64,000 nt of DNA from Felis catus (taxonomy: Eukaryota), in assembly GCF_018350175.1 (NCBI RefSeq), contig NC_058368.1, forward strand, positions 10,540,001 to 10,604,000. Direction: 5' to 3'. Positions 1 to 12,425 of this stretch are shown in pieces. A model generated the notes under the pieces. The model worked only from the letters and a program-made list of their open reading frames with translations. It was not told the origin of the DNA and searched no databases. How positions within the stretch are numbered: position 1 is the stretch's first letter; every line of letters starts with the position of its first letter. A program made the position numbers and the translations under genes.

Positions 1-539
1 GTCAGGGCAAGGAAAGGTAGGTACATGGTTTTGAATCTAAAAATTGTTAAGAGTCACTACATTGAGAATCAAACCCACAGGAAGTGTAGATTGAGGGAAG
101 CTTATAAGGGATCTCTTAAGGGAGAGATGCAAATTAAAAACATCCTCCCGACTGCATCACCATCATAAAGCTGATACCCAGGCCTTTTTCTTGTACTTCC
201 AGTGTTGGCTTTGCAGTGGAAGTTGAGGGGCTCCAACATTCCTACTACTCAGGGCTAGCCACGATCTATACCCATACCTGTTCATTCAAGGGAGAAACTT
301 TTAGCTCCATTCAGGGATACAGATTGGCATGGAAATAGGTCCCGTATTCTTGTTCTGATGGAAAAAGGTCTCTCTAAATCTGAACTTACTCCCACTGGCT
401 AACCTTTCCTGAAGGCTTAGCTGTCTCTTTGGCTCACCTTGCTGAATACATTTCAGCTCTGGAGCTGGAGAGGAATGCTCAGACCTGTTGTGAATTGGGG
501 GCACTCACACTAATTTTATTCCTCTATTCTATCCCCTCT

Positions 540-775
540 TCCTTCAATATAGCTGTTCTGAGTCTCCAATATATGCCAGACCACTGTTCTTGGCACTGAA
601 GATGGTGTTGTCAACTTTTAAAGAGTATACATCTAAGGGAAGGGAAAAAGAAAATGAAGACAAAATTTATGTTTCAGATATTTATATTACCTGTGAAGGA
701 AATAAGACGATGTGGTAGAGAATAACTTATAGGGAAGTTCAGGAAAGACCTTTTGGTGAAGTGACAAGAATAAAA
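540..775 (-). mobile_element. L2 LINE 3' end fragment
   Basis: Degenerate match (gagtctccaatatatgccagaccactgttcttggcactgaagat) to the reverse complement of the L2 3' terminus. Confidence 0.6.
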
Positions 776-789
776 GTGGCCCCACTCTT

Positions 790-1236
790 CCCGTGAGAAT
801 GGGAAACTTCTTTGTCTTCTTGACTTAGCCTGCTATGGTTTCATGGGTACTGACAGAAGACACAAGATGCCGGGTCAGGGACAAAGCACTTTATTTCTCA
901 TGACACAGAAAGCCACAGGAATGTTCACTCAGTTCCTCCTGCCCCCAAATCCAATGGGGATGATATACAGATTGCAGATGAAGGACTCAGAGCTTTGGGA
1001 ACCTCCATCTTTTTAATAGGTTCCAAGCAAACGTGCTTATCTATAGCCTCAGAAACACATTATCATACGGAACAGTAAACAAAACTTGATTCACAATGAG
1101 GCACAACTTTTATCCTTTATGGCTTTTTGCTATACAGACACCCTTGTAAAGGTGGTCTGGAACAAAAGCTTTCAATGCCTCTACTTGTAGGATAAGCAAA
1201 AACAGGAGAGACCTGTGGAGAAATGCCTTCTAAAAA
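790..1236 (-). mobile_element. LTR40-like solo LTR (ERVL)
   Basis: Blocks gggtcagggacaaagcactttatttctca, ctggaacaaaagc...gcctctacttgtaggataagcaaaaacaggagagacctgtggagaaatgcc match the reverse complement of LTR40a/b as recalled. Confidence 0.75.
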
Positions 1237-1259
1237 TGGGATTCTGATTAGTGATGTTC

Positions 1260-1759
1260 ATCAGTGGGGCTAAATTTCAGAGCTCTCTTATGGTTGGGTG
1301 GGCCATGTGACTACTTCCAGCCAATGAGTTGTGAGCCACCACTGCTGATGTAGAACATTCCAGAACCCTTGTTTCACTCACTCTGGCATAGTGGCTGTCT
1401 TGTTTGAGATAGATATTGGTTGTTCAACCAGACTGAGTCTGGAGTCACTAAAATGAGCAGAACCCTCAGCAGATCCATGATTAAGAGGAACATAAGCAAG
1501 AATTAAACCTTTGTTGTTTAAGTCAGGGATTGGCGAACTATAGCCCATAGGCCAAACCTTGCCTATTGTCTTTGTGTTACCCATGAACTAAGAATGATTT
1601 TTAACATTCTTAAGTGTTGTTTAAAAAAAAAGTCCTAAATAAGCAGAAAAGAACATGGGGCAGAATCCTATGTGGCCTTCAAAGCCTAAAATTTTTACTA
1701 TTTGGAAACTAGAAAATATTTCCCAATCCATGGTGTCTGTAGCCAGTTTGGCTGATATG
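1260..1759 (+). mobile_element. MLT1J/I-like MaLR LTR, interrupted by MER58A
   Basis: ggccatgtgactacttccagccaatgagttgtgagc and aagcaagaattaaacctttgttgtttaag are old-MLT1 hallmarks; a short LTR end resumes after 1732. Confidence 0.65.
1524..1732. mobile_element. MER58A hAT-Charlie MITE
   Basis: Starts cagggattggcgaactatagcccataggccaaa; internal tgtggccttcaaagcctaaaatttttactatttgg; ends ttcccaatccatg. Confidence 0.75.
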
Positions 1760-1779
1760 AAGGAAAACCAAGAAAATAT

Positions 1780-2850
1780 ACTATAAGGGAAACGAAGATA
1801 GGAAAAGTGTTTGAAAAAGTAGCCAAATTAAAGCTACCAAATTAAGTGAACAAGGTAAGCTTCTGATAATAAGCCACTGGATTTGAAAATGTGGAAGTTA
1901 CTGGGGACTTGACCAGTTCAGTTTCATTTGGAGAGTCGGGGACAAAAGCGAACCAGCGTGGGTGAGCACGTCAAGTGACAAAATGAACACAACCTGTTCC
2001 AGAAGGTTTGCTGTGGATGAGAACAGAGCATCGAGGGGACGCCTGAGTGGCTCAGTGGGTGAAGCGTCTGACTCTTGATTTTGGCTCTGGTTGTGATCTC
2101 ACGGTTCGTGAGTTCGAGCCCTGTGTTGGGCTCTGAGCTGACAGTGTGGAGCCTGCTTAGGATTCTCTCTCTGCCCCTCCCTGCCTTGTGCACTCTCTCT
2201 CAAAATAAATAAATACACTTAAAAACAGGAACAGAGCAATGAGAGGACAGAGGGAATGGGCTGCCAAAAAATAGTCTCCTTATGAAGACAGGAAATGCGA
2301 GAGCACATGAATATACTATGGGACCAACTAAGTAGAAAGGGAGCATTGTAACAGGAGCACAGGAAAGAGAAGGAAGGTGGAAGGAATGAACTGGCATAGC
2401 AGAGAGAGGAAACGACCCGAGTACAGTGAAAGTATCTGCCATTGTTAGAAGGCCTTTCTCCCCCTGCAACAGGAAGAAAAGGTGTCTGCAGATGCAGGAG
2501 GGCTTGTGGATCCCATTGTGGGAAGATGAGGCTTTTATCTGATGACTTCTACTTTCCAGTTAACTATGAGGCAAGGTAGGGAGGAAGAGGCCTGTTGAGA
2601 AGAACGTGGGAGGTTTTCAGGGATAAAGTTGGAGCGCCTCAGAATGTTGGGAACATGAGGTTATGATGAGGGAAACAGTAGAATCAGCAGGTGGTTCAGT
2701 GTCCCTTTGAGACTAATGATCATGAGTTTAAATTCTGTAAGACAGTCTGGCTTTGTGACCTCTCTAGCAACCTCTACGGTTTGGATGGCAAGTGAAGAAA
2801 GTGGGTTCAAACAGGTTTGGGGGATAGTGTAATGAAAAACAGAGTAGTTA
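1780..2850 (-). mobile_element. L2 LINE fragments (interrupted by SINE)
   Basis: ccactggatttgaaaatgtggaagttactggggacttgaccag and downstream purine-rich blocks typical of antisense L2. Confidence 0.6.
2035..2226 (+). mobile_element. Can-SINE (SINEC_Fc2-like)
   Basis: tRNA-derived head ggggacgcctgagtggctcagt, B box gttcgagccc, (CT)n, AATAAA tail; TSD gaacagagca at 2021-2030 and 2229-2238. Confidence 0.95.
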
Positions 2851-2945
2851 TGCTCTTATGTTTTTTTATATATTTTTTAAGGGCTGTCTTGAGGGATTCC
2901 CTCCAAAGACACTCTAAGCTTGACCACCAAGTACGTTACTTTAGT

Positions 2946-3152
2946 TAGCGGAGTGGTTAAGAGTTAAGAGTTCTGGAGACAGAATGTCCTGGTTGAAATC
3001 TAAGCTCTGCCTCTTCTAGACCCCAAGCAAGTTTTTTTAACCTCATTTAGAACAAGGCTAATAGTTGGGACTTTTCTCACCTGGTTGTGGTGAGAATTGA
3101 ATGGCTACTCTAGCCATCTTTAAAACAGTGTCTTGTACACAGAAAGTGTCCC
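2946..3152 (+). mobile_element. MIR SINE
   Basis: agtggttaagag...ctggttgaaatctaagctctgcc...ggttgtggtgagaattgaatg...aaaacagtgtcttgtacacag. Confidence 0.7.
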
Positions 3153-5210
3153 TAACTGACCTTGGCATCTAGATACAGGCCCGAATCTTCAGGTATCTGA
3201 CGAGCCAGATTCATATCCCATTTGCCAAGCTCTGCCTTGGCAACATGTGCCACCCTACCTTCATTTCTCCCAGTCTTTCTTCCTCTGGGGAATAAAAATA
3301 TTTAGAAACATGTTCAGAAACATAAGCCCTATGAGCCCTAAGGCTCATTTCTGATGTTCACTTCTTAAACCGTTTGCAGAATGAAAATGTTCACAATGAG
3401 TGCGGTTAAGATTGGCATTAGAAAATGAGCATTTCCTGGCATTTTTTTTGGGAAAGTGAACTCTGACAAAGGAGAATGAGCTAGGGGAAGCCTGTAGTAG
3501 GAAGGTGTCCCACCGGAGGCATTCTGACGCATAGCTTTCTGAGGTAGGTCGGGGGCGGGGGAGATGCCCACTGAAAGGTGCCACATGTTGCTGGCCCATT
3601 GAGTACGGCAGAAAAGATCATAAGCATGCAATTGTCTCATGAGATGAACACACTGGCACTGGGAAGAGAAGCCCCTTCCTTCTGCAATGTCCCTCCACAG
3701 TAATTGACTGACAAAGCTTAACATCATGCTTGCTACAAAGGAGAAATATTCCGATGGTTCCGCTCCAATATGGCAGAGCAGGTAACAGAGGATAGACAGG
3801 AGCTTAAAGGTAATCAACTGATAACTGGCACTGTATCCAAAGACTTTTGGGCACCAGAAACACTGATTGCACCAGTCCAGTTAAGGCCTACAAATGACTC
3901 ACTAAGAACCCTCTGGCTGCTTTTTCAGTTGCATCTGTCTTACAAGATGAGAAACAGAAAAGCAGGCCTTAGCAGCTACTACTAAGTTGAACCTACTCTA
4001 CAGTTGAACCATCCAGATCAAGGTTAGGGGGCTATTTATAGAGCAATGAATGAGTAAGTAACAAAACACCTGACAGGTGATCAGTGCTGAAGATTAATTA
4101 ACTTTAAGGCTTCAGATTCAATTTCATGTACTGCCCTTAGTGTTACCTACAAGAAACAAAGATATGGGAAGGTTCTGAATTGCTCTTCCCTTTTCCTAAG
4201 ATTAATATTTTAGCTGCCAGGATTCCCCCTTCTGGAGACCTCCTCACTATGAATTCTTATCTACTTTGACTCCTCCAACTATATCTTAGCCAGATATAGT
4301 TTCAGACAAAATGTAAACTAGATATGCCTCTTTCTAGGGTTACCCCAGGGTGCATGAGGTATGGAAAAATTTTTCATAAGTTGCCTGTCGATATAAGCAG
4401 TTTATTTCAAATTAGAAATTACAAAATTCATGGACCCATGTGAGTTATATTTATTGACGGAGACTTAAAATTATAGGTAGAGAAGAGGTACTTGTTTATC
4501 TTCCAATCAGTGCATGCGAAGAGTCTTCGTCTATTGTCCTATGTGAAGGAGAGTCACCACAAATTCAGTGTCTCAGCACTATTCTTGTGGCCCAATCCCA
4601 TGTGATCCTGTAAAAGAATCACTTGGTGGCCAGTGGTAGTAACCTGTTGCTCTTCAAACTGCCCTTCTGGGACTTGGTGCCTCTATGAGGCCCCAGGCTG
4701 GCTCTAAGCAGGAGTTCCAGAGCTCCATAGGGCTTCTGGTTTACCCAACATGTGAGGTAGAGGGCCGGGAAGTGCTCCTGGGAAAAGAAAATGAGGGCTG
4801 GGACCAATATAAAGTCATAATCTGCGCACCAAGTGCAGATGGCATGGCTAGCCCCAAGCGTCAGGCTTCAGAGGGGGGATTTTCTTCAAGGAAGTCACTC
4901 CAGAGCACTGTGTCCTGAGGCATAGGACCAGTGGTATGGCTCTGCTTCCCTAATCTAAGAGCCATACTGCCTCTTTCCACGTTTACCTCATTATATGTTT
5001 GACTGTAGAGATCTCTCATTTGCTCTTTTCATTTTAACTGAAGATACGCAAAATGGTTGAACCACAGCTCGTGGCAAGCAAGTTGGTGGTGAGGCCTGGA
5101 CCAGAACCCTTGGCCCCAAGCCACTGACCATGCCTTCATGCCACGTGGCTTCTGTATGTTTTTTTCTTGCTCCTTCCCTTCAACATTCGATATTTCATTC
5201 TGCTCCTTGG

Positions 5211-5615
5211 TATCACGGACTGAATGTTTGTGCCCGCCCCAATATTCATACGTTGAAGCTCTAACACCCAGCATGGCTATTTTTGGAGATGGGGCCTCTA
5301 ACGAAGCAGTTAAGGTTAAATGAGGTCATAAAGGTGGGGCCCTGATCCAAGAGGATTAGTGTCCTTATAAGAAGAGACACCAGAGAGCCTCCTCTCTGTC
5401 TCCCCCAAAGCACAGACACCAAGGAAAGACCATGTGAGGACACAGTGACAGGGTGGCCATCTAGAAGCCAGGGAGGGAGGTCTCACTAGAAACTGAATTT
5501 GCTGGTACCTTGATCATGGACTTCCAACCTCCGCAACTGGAAGCAAATAAATCTCTGTCATTTAAGCCACCCAGTCTGTGGTATTTTGTTATGGCAGCCA
5601 GTGTAGGCAAGTACA
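5211..5615 (+). mobile_element. MLT1A-like MaLR solo LTR
   Basis: ggactgaatgtttgtg...aattcatacgttgaag-like start, taaggttaaatgaggtcataaaggtggggccctgatcc, tttaagccacccagtctgtggtattttgttatggcagcc. Confidence 0.9.
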
Positions 5616-6312
5616 CTTGGCTCCCCCGGGAAGCCCTTACCAAACTACCTTCCACACTTCTCTTCGCAAACCTCTTTCAAATGCTACTACCTCTTTTGTC
5701 ACCTCAATCCTTCAGAGGCTTACTTTCAGCTAGCAGCACCCTGGCACACAAACCTACAATGACGATTATTAATGTTACACCTTCTGGCTAACGTGTATCC
5801 CAGGACCACTCTGGGATAATTCTCTAACTCCAAAGACTAATTTTAACAATGGGCTTTTTTTTAAAAACATGCAGGCTAAGGAATCGAACTTTGCTTACGC
5901 AGATGTTTAGGAACCCTTAAATCTCTCCACGAGAGCGGCTGCCTTTCACTTGTGAATGCTATCAGCTTCAAACCTTAGACTGAAGCTGTCCTCTACCTTT
6001 CAATATCCAGGCAAGGAGTATTTATTTTCCCACTGGAATAGAGAAAATCATTATACATACAAATATCAGTTGGTCATCATCGTCTCATTTATTTGAAACG
6101 GGATGGTTATGTATCATGTGTTCATTTTTAAATATTTACTGATCTAGTTCTGTATTTACTTTGAAAGACAGTATAATTCTTCAAGTAGGAGTCATGTTGT
6201 GAACTCCTTGTAATACTTTATGAAACAAAAGCATAACAGAACCATAGCATATACGACAAGTATTCAACAAATCTATGTTAGTTTATTGAATAACTGAAGT
6301 GGAATGAAAATA

Positions 6313-6585
6313 TCTGTCAGCCATGCATCGAGTTACAAGTAACAACAACAACAAAAAACCTCGCAGAATCTTAATAGGGGTTTGTTTTTCTCACCTATTA
6401 AGTCACTTTTGAAGTAGGTAGTTTCTGGCGTTGGTTTAGCTGCTCAAAAATGCCATCAGAGACTTATTTTCTTTACATATTTTTTTGGCCTCTCATCCGT
6501 AGTATGTTGCCTTTGTCCTCATGCCTGTGCCCCATGATCAAGACGGACTGCCACACACAGAGAATCAGAACTGTGTCCAGGGGCA
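6313..6585 (-). mobile_element. Old MaLR LTR (MLT1K/L-like)
   Basis: gttacaagtaacaac...ttggtttagctgctcaaaaatgccatcagagac...gcctttgtcctcatgc pattern of antisense MLT1K/L. Confidence 0.55.
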
Positions 6586-6649
6586 ACTGAGTTTCTGAGA
6601 AGGCTTGGAAGATGGGTATTGTCTATGGCAGGGTTGACTAGCTATGACA

Positions 6650-6722
6650 GAATGTTTGGCTTGCAAAACCTAAAATATTTTATTAGCTGGTTCTTTACAG
6701 AAAAAGTTTGCTGACAACTGGT
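6650..6722. mobile_element. MER58 terminal fragment
   Basis: ggcttgcaaaacctaaaatattttattagctggttctttacagaaaaagtttgctgac. Confidence 0.7.
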
Positions 6723-6764
6723 CTGCACTATATCTAAGCAATTGCTTTCCTAAGTTCCACAGAA

Positions 6765-7198
6765 TGAAATGTTTGAGAGAGTTCATATATGTTTTATTAT
6801 AGTAGCTCCAAACTGTTAAAAACAATTCTCACCAAGAAGAGAATGGAGACATTGTAATATATGCATACAGTGGAATACTTCACAGCACTTCAAAGGAGTA
6901 AATTATTGGTAGATATAACATGAATGATTCTCACAGGTGTCTTGAGCAAAAGACACCAGACACAAAAGAGAACATAACTGTGTGGTTCCATTTATGTGAA
7001 ATTCAAGAACCGGTAAAAATCGCTGAAAGAAGTTGGAATAGTGGAAACTTTCAGTGGTGGCGTAGAAACTGGGAAGTCACCTAGGGACAACTTCGATGGT
7101 GCTAGAAATGTTCACTGTGTTGCCCAGTGTATACATACAAGTAAGAAATCAAGTGGTAGGCTTTATGTACCTTATTACGATGTCCTTCAACTAAAATA
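6765..7198 (+). mobile_element. L1ME-type LINE-1 3' end
   Basis: atgcatacagtggaatacttcacagca...aagacaccagacacaaaagag...gtggttccatttatgtgaaattcaagaac...ggtgctagaaatgttc. Confidence 0.8.
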
Positions 7199-7319
7199 TT
7201 CACGTTTATTATAGGATACCTGGAAAGTATAGCAAAAATTTGACAAAACCTTAAAAAAAAAACAGGAATAATCTTGGTATTCAGAGGGCAACTACTCTTA
7301 CCATTTTGCTTTTCTTCCA

Positions 7320-8225
7320 GCCTTTTGTTTTTAATAAGGTTTCACATGTACCAAAAACTTGCAAGAACAAAACAAAGAACTTCCTCCTCCCTTAAGCCCA
7401 GATTTCCCCTTACCACTAAATATTCTGGGACACACTTCTCCCAAACAAGAATATTCCCTTACGTTGCCACTCTGCAAACCTCTGAAAATCAGGAAATCAA
7501 CACTGGCACATTACCATCTCATCCATAAACCCCATCCAAATTTTAGCAACTGTCCCACCAAATGTCTTATTTCCCAGCATCCTACCTAGGAGCGTGTGTT
7601 GCATTTAGTCACATTAACTCCCTTCAGTCTGGAATGGTTCCTCAGTCTCTTCTTGCCCTCAAGTCTTTGCAAAGCTTCAAGAATACAGGTGGCCTGTAGA
7701 ATGGCCACCACTTGGGAGTTGGTCTTATGTTTCCTACTGACCAGATGTGAGCCACATACTCTTGGCAGAAATAGCACAGAAACGATGCTCGGCTCCTCAC
7801 AGTGTATCGTGTCAGTGGCCACACGGTATCTTCTGGTGCCACTAAGATGTTGGTAGCCATCACCCGAGCAAGCTGGTGTCTGCCAGGCTTCCTCAGGTTA
7901 AGCTGCCATCTCCTCCTTTGTATTTGACCCCCAATCTTTTGTGAAGAGATGTTCTGAAATTACCCTATTCCTCAAACCTCCATCCACCAACCCTCCCATC
8001 CATTAACAACTCCTGGTGACATCGGTTGCTGCTGTGATGATTTGAATGTCAAGTAGGGATTCTTTCATTTTCGCCATTCCTACTGCGCATGTCGGGTGGC
8101 ATTCTGTTTCAAGGAAGAGCTTTCTCTTCTCCCCTTTGCATTTATTAACTTGTTGAGATTAACATGGACTCCCCGGTTATGAAATCCATTTGAATTACTT
8201 CAACTGGCACAATCCTTTTCTCCAT
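7320..8225 (-). mobile_element. L1MC4/5-type LINE-1 3' UTR
   Basis: aaaatcaggaaatcaacactggcaca, gtgttgcatttagtc, ttcagtctggaatggttcctcagtct, ggcagaaatagcacagaa, ggtgtctgccaggcttcc. Confidence 0.75.
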
Positions 8226-9292
8226 TTATCAGTGAAAGAGGCCAGAAAACAACTTCAAGAACAGCACAGGGCAGACAAAGTTCCTTGACAGCCACAGTCC
8301 CATCTACGGTGCCTCGAAGTTCCATCCGTTTTCGTACGTCACAATAAGTTTCGTAAAATACTGGGCCCCCTCACGGAGGGAAAAGGCAATTTTCAAAAAA
8401 AGGAATAGGTGTTGTTAAGTGACACATTTACTCCATTATTTCCTAATGGCACCACATGGGGATCATGGTTTCCAAATGAGGTCTGGGAAGTGGAATAAGC
8501 AATGCATCCATACTCCTCTGCTCAAGGGCTGTCCGCCGGTTAATGAAAAACGAGACCAAAGAACACCTGCTCCATACATCCCCTCAAAGGAAAAAGAAAA
8601 AAACGAAAAACAAAAGAGTTCACTAAGATGTACCAAATTCCTCTCCGGAATGTAACCAGGAAGCCGTTTCAACAGTCTGAGCCAAGAATTTATCACAGAG
8701 TTATTACAAGCATGCCTTCCTTTTCAACGGACACGATTGTTTGAAATAAACAAAGGCCAAAAAATGGTGCTGGTCAGTCTTCTTACAACGCATTGCATTT
8801 TACGTTACCTAGTATTTAAATCGAGTCAGACCATACCTACGGGCCTTGTCTCGCAAGAGTACGTATGGGCGGAAGCAGGATATTTCTCATTGTTGCAAAA
8901 GCATATTTGAATTTTTAATCTTTAGTGCAATTTACACATTGCTTTTGGTAGCATGTGGACGCCACTGGTGCAGAAAGGGCTCCAGAGGGAGGCTCACTGC
9001 AGCTCACACCTATGGTTTTTCTCTCCCGGAAGCTGTAGGGCAACTAATAAATAGCGTTTTGTCAAATGCACTCTTTTGGCCTTTCCATCTGAGGGCAAAA
9101 CGCTCCACACACTTGGAGCCTTCAGGCCTTCGGCCTGCTTTTCAGCAGCCTCCAGGGTCATCGGCTTTTGTTTGTTCCCGGCAAGTGTCTCAGTAGACGG
9201 ATCATTTGAAGTTAATGCCGGTCCCGACGACGAGAAAGAAAGGAGACATTGGACAGTGGTGTCTCAAGTACCCACTTTTCTTTCATATTTTC

Positions 9293-9493
9293 TTCTGTTT
9301 TAAATGTTTGTTTATTTTGGAGAGAGAGGGAGAGACAGAGTGCGAGCAGGGGACGGACCGAGAGAGAGGGAGACGCAGAATCGGAAGCAGGCTCCAGGCT
9401 CTGAGCCTGATGCGGGGCTCGAACTCCCAAAGCGGGAGATCACGCCCTGAGCCAAAGTCAGACACTTAACTGACTGAGCCACCTGGGTGCCCC
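9293..9493 (-). mobile_element. Can-SINE (SINEC_Fc) with internal deletion
   Basis: T-tail, (GA)n, aggctccaggctctgagc, ends actgagccacctgggtgcccc; imperfect 14-bp TSD tctttcatattttc / tcttccatagtttc. Confidence 0.95.
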
Positions 9494-10309
9494 TCTTCCA
9501 TAGTTTCAAATGAGGACAGAGAGAGCACTGAACAACAGGCTAGGGATGCATCTGTTGTGGACTGGTGACAGATCATACTTTGTCATCATCGTCTTGCACC
9601 ATAGTATCAAAAAGGTCGAGAGCGTATGGCTCTCTCTCTACACCCTAACTGCCTGCACAACTGTCAGCCATGGCTGCTATATATTCGGCTGGGAATCTGC
9701 TTGTTGGATAGGCTGTCAGGTGACCTGTACTTACCAAAACCTCTTTCACTGACAATACAACTATTTATGTTGCCAAAGTGTTTGGGCACCTACGTCACAT
9801 ATTTCAAATTGAATGTTGGCCTCAAGTTCTCTATCAGGCACTGGCAGAACCATGCGGGGCCTCCACAGTTGCTATGGACAGTCCATCACGTATTTAAAGG
9901 CTAAAATTTTTCTGGATTCGGTCTGTGGGGGCCCCTTCAAGCTGGCTCTTCCTCTTGTTCTGGAAGATCTTTCGAATAGGTTTGTATATTCTGGAAAGAA
10001 ATAACAAAGGGGGTGCGTTCTTTCTAAACCAGATAGGGAATCAGCCGTTTCACTGAGGAGCTCTGGTTCCTTGTAGTGAAAAGTGACATTTAGCAACTAA
10101 GTTTGATTTGAGCACTCAATTTGCTCATTTCTACTGGGCTGTCATTGCCCCCCGGCCACTTCAGCACACGAAGCTGAACCTGTATGTATGTAAACACGTA
10201 TACGTACATATATATTAATATACACACATATACAACCTCTATAGTTATTCCCATGTCTGTGTGCGTATGTATTAAAAGTTCCCACATTAGTACCAATGCA
10301 TCTAATTCT

Positions 10310-10529
10310 TTTTTTTTAAATTTTTCTTTTAACATTTATTTTTGAGACAGAGAGAGACAGAGCATGTATGGGGGAGGGTCAGAGAAAGAGGGAGACACAG
10401 AATCTGAAACAGGCTCCAGGCTCTGAGCTGTCAGCACAGAGCCTGACGCGGGGCTCGAACTCATGGGCCGCGAGATCATGACCTGAGCCGAAGGCGGACG
10501 CTTAACCGACTGAGCCACCCAGGCGCCCC
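10310..10529 (-). mobile_element. Young Can-SINE (SINEC_Fc)
   Basis: Full length, CpGs retained (cggacgcttaaccgactgagccacccaggcgcccc); perfect TSD caatgcatctaattct at 10294-10309 and 10530-10545. Confidence 0.97.
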
Positions 10530-11214
10530 CAATGCATCTAATTCTAATTCAGTACTAGAATTATTTCGAGCCTTTCCCTTTGCCATGCTGACGAATTCCT
10601 CTTCAGACCTAATCACAAGGTTTTTTTCTCAACTGGGATTTAAGCTGGAGGAAGAAAAGTCAAGATTGCAAACCTGGATATCATAGCTGCAGTAAATACC
10701 ACATGGCAATAAATCGTTATTGGCTTTCTGTAACTTATTTATGTCCGGATCACCGTCTCTTAGTACTTGGGTGAGATCACAGTGACTCAAGAGTCGCACT
10801 GTTGTGCAGAATAAAGCGAGGTATGCTAGAATGTTGACATAAGACAGAGATTGGCAATAGCATGCCAGGATCCAAAGTATAATGAGAGGCAGAGGTACCC
10901 CCGAGGAAGAGATTCTTTATGCCCAATCTCTCGCTTAACCTGGGAATGTTCTAGACTGCATGCACCTAGAAGGGGCATCCTCTTTCTGGCATTTTGGACA
11001 TCGTCAGCGTACCAGCACCTGCCTTTGTTTCAAAGGCAGGTTTGTCAAAACTGCTTCTTCTGAATGCATTTCCCCCCTGCCCCCATTCCCTTCTTCCTTA
11101 GAATGCTGGTGATTCAAGAGTGCCAGAGACTGAGCTCCTCAGATCTCGATGAGCGGTATAAGGGTGAGGAGGTTATGAGTCCCTAGAGTTGCCCTGCAGA
11201 ATCCCGAGACAGAA

Positions 11215-11455
11215 AATGGTTAGCTTGTTGGCTGAATCTGGCCCACAGATATTTTGTTTGACCATTTTATTTTCACTTCTGAGTTTTCAAGTAAAAATCC
11301 AGATTTCTGACTTTTCTTGAAAAATGTGAAGATCAGGCAACAAGGGGTCCCTATTCCCAAGCACTGACACTCAGCTAGGAGTTTAGGAGGGGCAAGTATT
11401 CTCCAGGGGACCCACCGTTTCCTGCCTGCCCTACTCATTGACATTTACTATGTGA
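11215..11455. mobile_element. MER102 hAT-Charlie element fragment
   Basis: ggctgaatctggcccacagatattttgtttg...aaaatccagatttctgacttttcttgaaaaatgtgaagatcaggcaaca. Confidence 0.7.
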
Positions 11456-11819
11456 TAGCCTTCCCCGGAACTGTCAGCATAGTGCAAGGGATTTTCTGTT
11501 GCTCTGTATTTGCTTTGATCCTATAATCACTTCTCTTATTTCAGGGACAGCGTAGGGCCACCGGTCTCCTTGGAAGTAGGCAGTCCAGCACTGTAGGTAG
11601 AGGCCAACTCTGGGCCAGTCAGGCGACATGAGGCAGGAGAGGATGGCAACCTATACCAGGATTGGACGTCAAGGTCATTTTTTAAGTAAAAGTGGAAAAG
11701 AAACAAGGGTCTCTAAGTGTCCAAACCTCTTCATTCTACCATGTAGCTAGTAAGCAGAGGAAGAACAGAATGGTAGCAGAGGAGCTCAGAGAGAGAGGCT
11801 AAAGGTGTGCTCTTGCTTT

Positions 11820-12155
11820 TCTTGCTGGAACCACATCTCTTTCCCATAATGCCCCTCTCGTCAGAACGGGGTCGTGTGAACATGTGATAGCTGAGCACAC
11901 GTGGATGTATGTGATGTATATCACTCCTAGCCTATTCATTACTTATGTCTTCCTCCCCCATCTTTCACTCAGAAGCCCTTTCCTGGTCTAAAGAGTCATG
12001 GATTGGGTAGAGGACTCTGAGGTCTTAAAAGATGGACCGCCCACATGCTAGGAGCCTAGGTCCCTGAATGACTGCGTAGAGCACGGTGCTCTTCCCGCGC
12101 AAACTTCACTGGACCATGACGACAGCAAGAAATCCACTTCTTCCTGTTAACCATA
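11820..12155 (+). mobile_element. MLT1J-like MaLR LTR
   Basis: gtgatgtatatcactcctagcc...ggagcctaggtccctgaatgactgcgtagagca...agcaagaaatccacttcttcctgttaaccat. Confidence 0.65.
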
Positions 12156-12229
12156 CTCTTCTTCCTAAAACTCTTTCTTCCTCCACCTTGCGGGCAGGGT
12201 TGGGGGGGTAACTTCCCCATCTCTACATA

Positions 12230-12425
12230 TGGGCTCTAGGGATAAACTGTTTCTTATTCTACTCTACCACCACTTACTAGCTGTGTGACTTTGGGCAATT
12301 CCTTAACTTCGGTGAGCTCACTCAGGGGCTCTTGTGAGGAGTCGGTAACATTATGTCAAGGTCACTGAATGATTGCCGTGCATACATACAGAAGCTCACT
12401 GAATGTTAGCCGCTGTTACTGCTAT
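12230..12425 (+). mobile_element. MIR SINE
   Basis: ccacttactagctgtgtgactttgggcaattccttaac core; ends gaagctcactgaatgttagc. Confidence 0.75.
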
